64,000 bases of DNA from a virus, in IMG/VR virus record IMGVR_UViG_3300025168_015970, positions 11,056 to 75,055 of that record. One strand, written 5' to 3'. Positions 59,492-64,000 of the stretch are shown piece by piece. A program made the position numbers and the translations under genes. The notes under the pieces are model-generated. The model worked only from the letters and a program-made list of their open reading frames with translations. It was not told where the DNA came from and searched no databases. Position 1 is the stretch's first letter. Each line of letters begins with the position of its first letter.

Positions 59492-59586
59492 CTCCTTTTC
59501 TTCCGGATATAGGAGCCTTTACCCTTTTTTGGTGAATGAACCCGGGTTCCTGTGTTGAACCTTATTATTGCTCTTGGTTTTTTCAT
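59476..59586 (-). CDS. 36-aa ArfA-like basic peptide (MKKPRAIIRFNTGTRVHSPKKGKGSYIRKKRSCKEE)
   Basis: Manual translation contains KKGKGSYxRK, the hallmark ArfA motif. Confidence 0.65.
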   Translation of the reverse strand: MKKPRAIIRFNTGTRVHSPKKGKGSYIRKKRSCKEE

Positions 59587-59690
59587 CTTTCCATACTCTT
59601 ATGCGGTATCCGTCGGTGAATTGCGTAATTTTCATTTTTACTGCCATAACAGACATTATTATAGGTATTTATATGAAGACAGTCAAGCTT

Positions 59691-60401
59691 TTACTCTCTA
59701 GTTACACCGAACTCGTCAAGTCTAACGAATGGACCACTTTCACCAGTGGCTCTAGGGGTCCCTGTACCGTTATGCCCTGTACCTCGTTGGATTGTTGTAA
59801 ATCTCGGGTCTACGGATACAGGCCATGGATATAACTCTTCAAGAAACGGAAAGGTATTGGTCTTTAAAAACATATCAGCGGCTGTAGTGGTTCTCTTTGC
59901 TTGCTCTATAAGGGCTCTAGCTCCAACAGGTTTTATTGCATATGCATGGGTACCTTTGAATTGACCCCCGGACGAAAATAGTAAATCTACACCTGTAAAC
60001 TTAGGTATTTTATACTCATCATGTCCAGGTACACCTATATTAACTAATTGATTGAATCCTGTACCATCTAATATATAAGAAGGTATTTCATCAATTATAA
60101 CTGCATCATGTTCAAATATAAGTATAGGTATGTTTAATTCTATAGATTTCTCCCACAATGTGAGATGAGAGAGAAAACACCCAGCTGCAGCATCTCCATG
60201 ACTGTGTTGTTCTATGTCTTTAAACCCATTAATATTAATTCCTTTATTTTTTAATATTTTTAATGGGTTATGAGTAGGGGTATACGCCTCAAATGTATTA
60301 ATATATAGCCCGAATTTATTACCTGTGGATATACACCTTTTCGCAGCTAATACTGATTCAGTATTTGTATTAATTGTAATTATATAACATTTAGCTAACA
60401 T
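59691..60401 (-). CDS. Glycosyltransferase family 25-like
   Basis: GCFLSH..LW, ILIFEHDA, GTHAY.I...GA..L. Confidence 0.82.
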   Translation of the reverse strand: MLAKCYIITINTNTESVLAAKRCISTGNKFGLYINTFEAYTPTHNPLKILKNKGININGFKDIEQHSHGDAAAGCFLSHLTLWEKSIELNIPILIFEHDAVIIDEIPSYILDGTGFNQLVNIGVPGHDEYKIPKFTGVDLLFSSGGQFKGTHAYAIKPVGARALIEQAKRTTTAADMFLKTNTFPFLEELYPWPVSVDPRFTTIQRGTGHNGTGTPRATGESGPFVRLDEFGVTRE

Positions 60402-61011
60402 TTAAGATCTGCTTACATTTATTTATAAATGGTACTTGTTGTTCTGTTAGTCTAATTTGATATTGATGGTATACTGTATCTTCGAAAACAGTACCATGAC
60501 CAAATTTTAAATCTAAAGAAGGGCTTTCCCAGGTAATATCATTACTTTGAGTTACATCCCAAAATTTTAATGTTTTCCCTAGCTTACGACACTGATGAGT
60601 GAAATTTTGACCAGTATCTGCATTTTTATCAGACATTAAATTAGGAGAATTACAGTCATAATATAATGACCGTTTAAACCCGAAAAAACATGGATGAATA
60701 TATGCTGTGTGTTTATCTATATGAAGAGCGCACCCTTTAGCTCCACTTAATGTATTACCATCTTTAATCTGACGTAATAATATAGTATAAAAGGAACTAT
60801 CAAGCGGTATACAGTCAATATCAAAAATAACTATATAATCATTAGTAGAGTCTTGTATTATTTTGTTTAATATTTCTCCATGACCATACTCATCACAATC
60901 TGCAACAATTTGGGTTATATTTAAATCAAACTTACGGAAAACTTCCTTCTGATAATATAATATCTCTTTATTTAAATCTGTTCGAGCAAAACTATATATA
61001 CCTACACTCAC
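60391..61011 (-). CDS. GT-A fold glycosyltransferase-like protein
   Basis: HG..LN, IVIFDIDCIP (DxD), HPCF, DTG. Confidence 0.65.
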   Translation of the reverse strand: MSVGIYSFARTDLNKEILYYQKEVFRKFDLNITQIVADCDEYGHGEILNKIIQDSTNDYIVIFDIDCIPLDSSFYTILLRQIKDGNTLSGAKGCALHIDKHTAYIHPCFFGFKRSLYYDCNSPNLMSDKNADTGQNFTHQCRKLGKTLKFWDVTQSNDITWESPSLDLKFGHGTVFEDTVYHQYQIRLTEQQVPFINKCKQILNVS

Positions 61012-61511
61012 GAGTTTATTCTCTGGATGATATTCGTAGTCGATCTCCCGGTCAACTCCGGCAAGATCTGAATATCTAATGTATGCTCTTCTAAAACCGC
61101 GCGCTCACATTCCGGCAAGGCATCTAATGAATAATCTCCACCTTTAACGTAGACGTCTGGCTTGATCGCTTCTATAAAATTGGAAACTCTTTTCTCATGG
61201 AATATTACTACTAAGTCAACATATCTAATACTTGACAATACCTTGACTCGATCCTCAAGATGATTAATGGGTCTCCCTTGTCCCTTTAGGTCTCTCACAG
61301 TTTCGTCGTCATTCACACCAACTACTAATATGTCGCCTAACTCTCTGGCTAGCTCGAGATAGGATACATGACCGGCATGAAGAATGTCAAAGCACCCGTT
61401 TGTTGCAACTATCTTCTTTCCGGCATGTACCTCCCGGAATTTTATAATATCTTCTACACCAGTAATACTATCTGGCAAGCCTAAATCAACTAACACACTC
61501 CGGCCCGTCAT
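61008..61511 (-). CDS. HldE/RfaE domain II-like nucleotidyltransferase (heptose-1-phosphate adenylyltransferase-like)
   Basis: TNGCFDILHAGH, LKG..RPIN, VKGGDY, STT. Confidence 0.88.
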   Translation of the reverse strand: MTGRSVLVDLGLPDSITGVEDIIKFREVHAGKKIVATNGCFDILHAGHVSYLELARELGDILVVGVNDDETVRDLKGQGRPINHLEDRVKVLSSIRYVDLVVIFHEKRVSNFIEAIKPDVYVKGGDYSLDALPECERAVLEEHTLDIQILPELTGRSTTNIIQRINS

Positions 61512-61726
61512 GTAGATTTAGATATATCTTTAAGCTTAGGTTCGGGTACTGGTGGATCTAGTCTACCAATCAATTTCTTGGCTTCTGCAACGACTTTTAC
61601 GTTGATCTCCCGGATCGCTTCCGGATCATTAGCTGAAACTAGCTCTGTTCCGTGATAGATTAGCATATTTGCTAAATCCATGTAGAAACACTTATAATCT
61701 TGTTTATTTCGTGACGTTGAAGGCAT
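61508..61726 (-). CDS. Hypothetical protein
   Basis: Coupled ORF; start uncertain. Confidence 0.45.
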   Translation of the reverse strand: MPSTSRNKQDYKCFYMDLANMLIYHGTELVSANDPEAIREINVKVVAEAKKLIGRLDPPVPEPKLKDISKST

Positions 61727-62222
61727 CGAGTAATAATTGTAATGTATCTTTCTCCACTTCCACTACTACCTCTGGTTCGGCGGCCTCTGTGACTCCTGTA
61801 GAATCATAATCCCCATATATGTCATCTCCGTCTTCTTCGTCGAATATACTTGTATCTAGGATTGGTGATACTGCAGTAGAGGCAGACTCTAGTATGTTCT
61901 GCTTCTTAATGTCTAGGATAATTAAATTTAATAATTGATTAGTAACTAAGTCTTTCTTAGCCCTTGCTATTAAGCCTGTGCAATCTGCCTTCGAGAACAC
62001 ACCTTCTAGCATTTGTATAGGATTCTTTAATTGTGAGTATATTAAATGCGGTAAATATAGTTCTGTGATCTTCGCACAGTCTCTAATTACATAATATGCA
62101 CCTTTCTTGAGTATCTTAACTCCTGTATCGGGTGACTTAGCAGCAACTTTAGCAGCTCTAAGTAATTTAGCCTCTTTACTCTTAGATTCCTTAAGTAGCT
62201 TCTCTTCAAATGTCATATACAT
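61704..62222 (-). CDS. Hypothetical late protein
   Basis: TATAAATA at 62226-62233; N-terminus MTFEEKLLKES. Confidence 0.55.
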   Translation of the reverse strand: MYMTFEEKLLKESKSKEAKLLRAAKVAAKSPDTGVKILKKGAYYVIRDCAKITELYLPHLIYSQLKNPIQMLEGVFSKADCTGLIARAKKDLVTNQLLNLIILDIKKQNILESASTAVSPILDTSIFDEEDGDDIYGDYDSTGVTEAAEPEVVVEVEKDTLQLLLDAFNVTK

Positions 62223-62246
62223 TAATATTTATAACTTTGCTCGTCC

Positions 62247-62429
62247 TTAACCTATAATTAAAATCAATACTAGCACTTTATTGACTCCCTTTATAGTCTT
62301 CTTCATGTTACATCCAAATAATACACATATATAACTCAACACTGTCACAAATAACGCTATTGGCAATGCGATCAAGATAAAAAATGGATTAACTGGGCGA
62401 TCGATTAGCTGTTCTTTGTTCTTCTCCAT
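62247..62429 (-). CDS. Small membrane protein
   Basis: Hydrophobic helix; ATG 62429 reduces overlap with the upstream ORF. Confidence 0.45.
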   Translation of the reverse strand: MEKNKEQLIDRPVNPFFILIALPIALFVTVLSYICVLFGCNMKKTIKGVNKVLVLILIIG

Positions 62430-62566
62430 ATATCTATTGCTTTCTTTATATCTCCTTTTGAAAATACTGATAACCTCTTGAAAGCCTCCCACCCAGGCTT
62501 AGGTTCTTTTAAAGATTTCCATGTAGCTAGGAGCTCCTGTCGTTCGTCTTGTTCATATGTATCCAT
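62405..62566 (-). CDS. Hypothetical 53-aa protein
   Basis: ATG 62566 downstream of the tRNA and of a TAAATA motif. Confidence 0.45.
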   Translation of the reverse strand: MDTYEQDERQELLATWKSLKEPKPGWEAFKRLSVFSKGDIKKAIDIWRRTKNS

Positions 62567-62589
62567 TGTATCTAAGTATTTAGTAAAAT

Positions 62590-62665
62590 TGGAGCACGTC
62601 CAGGGTACCGCCCCCTGCTTCAATGGTTTTGCAGACCACCCCGTTCACTTGCTCGGTCGACGTGC
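62590..62665 (-). tRNA. tRNA-Cys(GCA), non-canonical T- and D-loops
   Basis: 76-nt cloverleaf: GCACGTC/GACGTGC acceptor, CCG/CGG D-stem, GTGGT-CTGCAAA-ACCAT anticodon arm, CAGGG-GGCGGTA-CCCTG T-arm, U73 discriminator, encoded CCA. Confidence 0.88.
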
Positions 62666-62666
62666 A

Positions 62667-62888
62667 TTATAATCCTGCGATATTAAGATGGGTATATGTT
62701 GACTCAACTTGCTCCTCTGTTACATCTACCTCTTCGTTGATCTTTATATAGTCACCTATATTTCCATTATCCAGGATTCGCTCTAATTCTTGTTCTATTA
62801 AATGAGAACCTCTCTCTACCATACCTGAGTCATCTAAATCGATTGCGTATTCTAACTTGAACTCTAACATGGCTTTGCGTATCATCAT
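62667..62888 (-). CDS. Acidic hypothetical early protein
   Basis: Downstream of a sigma70-type promoter. Confidence 0.55.
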   Translation of the reverse strand: MMIRKAMLEFKLEYAIDLDDSGMVERGSHLIEQELERILDNGNIGDYIKINEEVDVTEEQVESTYTHLNIAGL

Positions 62889-62899
62889 CGTAAAAACCT

Positions 62900-62927
62900 A
62901 TTATAGCTTCTCGAGAGAGTTTTGCAA
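62900..62927 (-). promoter_or_regulatory. Sigma70-type early promoter
   Basis: TTGCAA-16 nt-TATAAT. Confidence 0.7.
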
Positions 62928-62999
62928 AAAATATTTCCCATGCACCTCAGACCCCGGTTTACGGTACCTCTATATATACCGGATTCTCGTACTTAACTC

Positions 63000-63053
63000 T
63001 ATAGAGAGAGAGTATAGAGAGAGAGACTATATAGCTCAATACTATATAGTCTC
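63000..63053. repeat. Tandem 13-mer plus perfect 12-bp inverted repeat
   Basis: TATAGAGAGAGAG x2 (63000-63025); GAGACTATATAG-7 nt-CTATATAGTCTC (63023-63053). Confidence 0.85.
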
Positions 63054-63096
63054 AATTAATAGATAGCTCTAAACTATCCTTGTTGTTGTGGGGGGA

Positions 63097-63546
63097 TTAA
63101 GCTTGCACCTCTTGTAGTTCAGCCAATGCTTCGTCGAAGGTAGCAGCCTTAACTGGCTCTGGTTTAACTTCCATCTTCTTCTCTGCCTTCGATACTACAT
63201 CATCGATTGTTACTGGCATCTCTTCTCTCTTCTTAGGTGCAGGTTTAGCTGTGTTATATACTCCATCTTCAAACCAGAAGTTAGTAACACGGCTCTTACT
63301 ATTCTTCTGAAGTAACTCTTTAAGCTGCTCATCACTAATAGCATTGTCTGTATTCTTAAGATCACTTAGCGATCTACCAGCACGAAGCTGACTACATACG
63401 TACTTGCTTACATAGTTGGTAAGCAACCAATCACTACTAACTCCAAGACGCTTTGCCTTATCATTTAAGTAGTTGTGTGATGTCTTTCTAGATTGACCAG
63501 AAATGACACATGCGAGGACGGGGGCTGGGTTTTTCTTAACTGCCAT
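63097..63546 (-). CDS. Hypothetical early protein
   Basis: AAAGGA Shine-Dalgarno-like sequence upstream; intact 149-aa ORF. Confidence 0.6.
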   Translation of the reverse strand: MAVKKNPAPVLACVISGQSRKTSHNYLNDKAKRLGVSSDWLLTNYVSKYVCSQLRAGRSLSDLKNTDNAISDEQLKELLQKNSKSRVTNFWFEDGVYNTAKPAPKKREEMPVTIDDVVSKAEKKMEVKPEPVKAATFDEALAELQEVQA

Positions 63547-63567
63547 AATATTAATTCCTTTCTTTTT

Positions 63568-63717
63568 TTAGTTTAAAGCTTTTTTCAAAAACTGCTTCTG
63601 TGGCTCAATCTCACGATGGATAGCCTTCAACATCTTCATCATTGCTCCCCATCGCTTCCAAGCATTGAGGTTCGCAATTTGTTTCTCGTTCATTTGTATG
63701 TCGCAATCAGCGTTCAT
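63568..63717 (-). CDS. 49-aa hypothetical protein (MNADCDIQMNEKQ...KKALN)
   Basis: Manual translation; ATG 6 nt below a TATAAT. Confidence 0.5.
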   Translation of the reverse strand: MNADCDIQMNEKQIANLNAWKRWGAMMKMLKAIHREIEPQKQFLKKALN

Positions 63718-63723
63718 TCCAAT

Positions 63724-63751
63724 ATTATATATGCTTTTCTAGAATCGTCAA
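63724..63751 (-). promoter_or_regulatory. Sigma70-type early promoter
   Basis: TTGACG-16 nt-TATAAT; 20-nt core repeated (19/20 identical) at 63980-63999. Confidence 0.75.
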
Positions 63752-63754
63752 GCT

Positions 63755-63955
63755 TTAATTTCCAGCTACCAGCTCGTCCATCATATGCTGGTTCCCAGCT
63801 GTGTATGGCATTGCCATATCATCACCACGAATGATGATCCCGAGATCATGCGTCAATGTCCTGAAGACATTTGTGTCAAGCTTGTCTCTGTTCTCGAAGA
63901 CAAATCCAAAGATTCCCTTCGCCACGTTAATTGTATTTTCATTCATATCTCTCAT
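63755..63955 (-). CDS. Hypothetical early protein
   Basis: Downstream of the repeated promoter core at 63980. Confidence 0.5.
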   Translation of the reverse strand: MRDMNENTINVAKGIFGFVFENRDKLDTNVFRTLTHDLGIIIRGDDMAMPYTAGNQHMMDELVAGN

Positions 63956-64000
63956 CTTATCTATCTCAACAACACCATAATTATATATGCTTCTCTAGAT

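Noticed and set aside
62567-62672. Track ORF 62478-62672(+) and the 5' extension of 62405-62623(-)
   Set aside because: Both run through the tRNA-Cys gene, which explains the sequence better
63000-63056. Possible mini-CRISPR array
   Set aside because: Repeats are 12-16 nt with no unique spacers and no cas genes in the window
62857-63066. 69-aa + strand ORF
   Set aside because: Translates the repeat/palindrome element and overlaps a promoter; likely spurious
1-64000. Stop-codon reassignment or a diversity-generating retroelement
   Set aside because: Core genes are full length in the standard code with TAA, TAG and TGA all used as stops; no reverse transcriptase or template/variable repeat pair was seen

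Overview
The window is an AT-rich (roughly 30% GC by eye) 64-kb segment of a large, divergent T4-like (Tevenvirinae-like) myophage genome. Bases 1-20.6 kb hold a + strand replication/recombination operon (uvsW end, gp55, gp47, gp46, gp43, UvsX, gp41, gp32, gp45, RNase H, gp61). It is interleaved with a glycosyltransferase, a QueC-like + Ntn-amidotransferase + GT2-like trio and rhamnose-pathway genes. Bases 20.6-57.5 kb hold shuffled morphogenesis genes (gp14, gp17, gp3, gp18, gp19, baseplate genes, gp16, large lectin/LamG/C1q-like virion proteins) with rmlA, a ferredoxin, dUTPase and gp44 mixed in. Bases 57.5-64 kb are a - strand accessory region (HEXXH protein, DUF932, GT25, GT-A, HldE-like nucleotidyltransferase). 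Signals not in the ORF track: (i) an apparently complete NDP-rhamnose route plus four glycosyltransferases, together with a recurring [LIV]-[ST]-[AG] motif in virion proteins, a candidate virion glycosylation system; (ii) TAAATA late-promoter hexamers 5-7 nt upstream of many start codons, implying leaderless mRNAs; (iii) a 76-nt tRNA-Cys with non-canonical T- and D-loops; (iv) a 36-aa ArfA-like ORF; (v) a nested in-frame gene with its own promoter; (vi) a palindrome/tandem-repeat intergenic element near 63 kb. All assignments come from motif recognition by eye; no searches were run.
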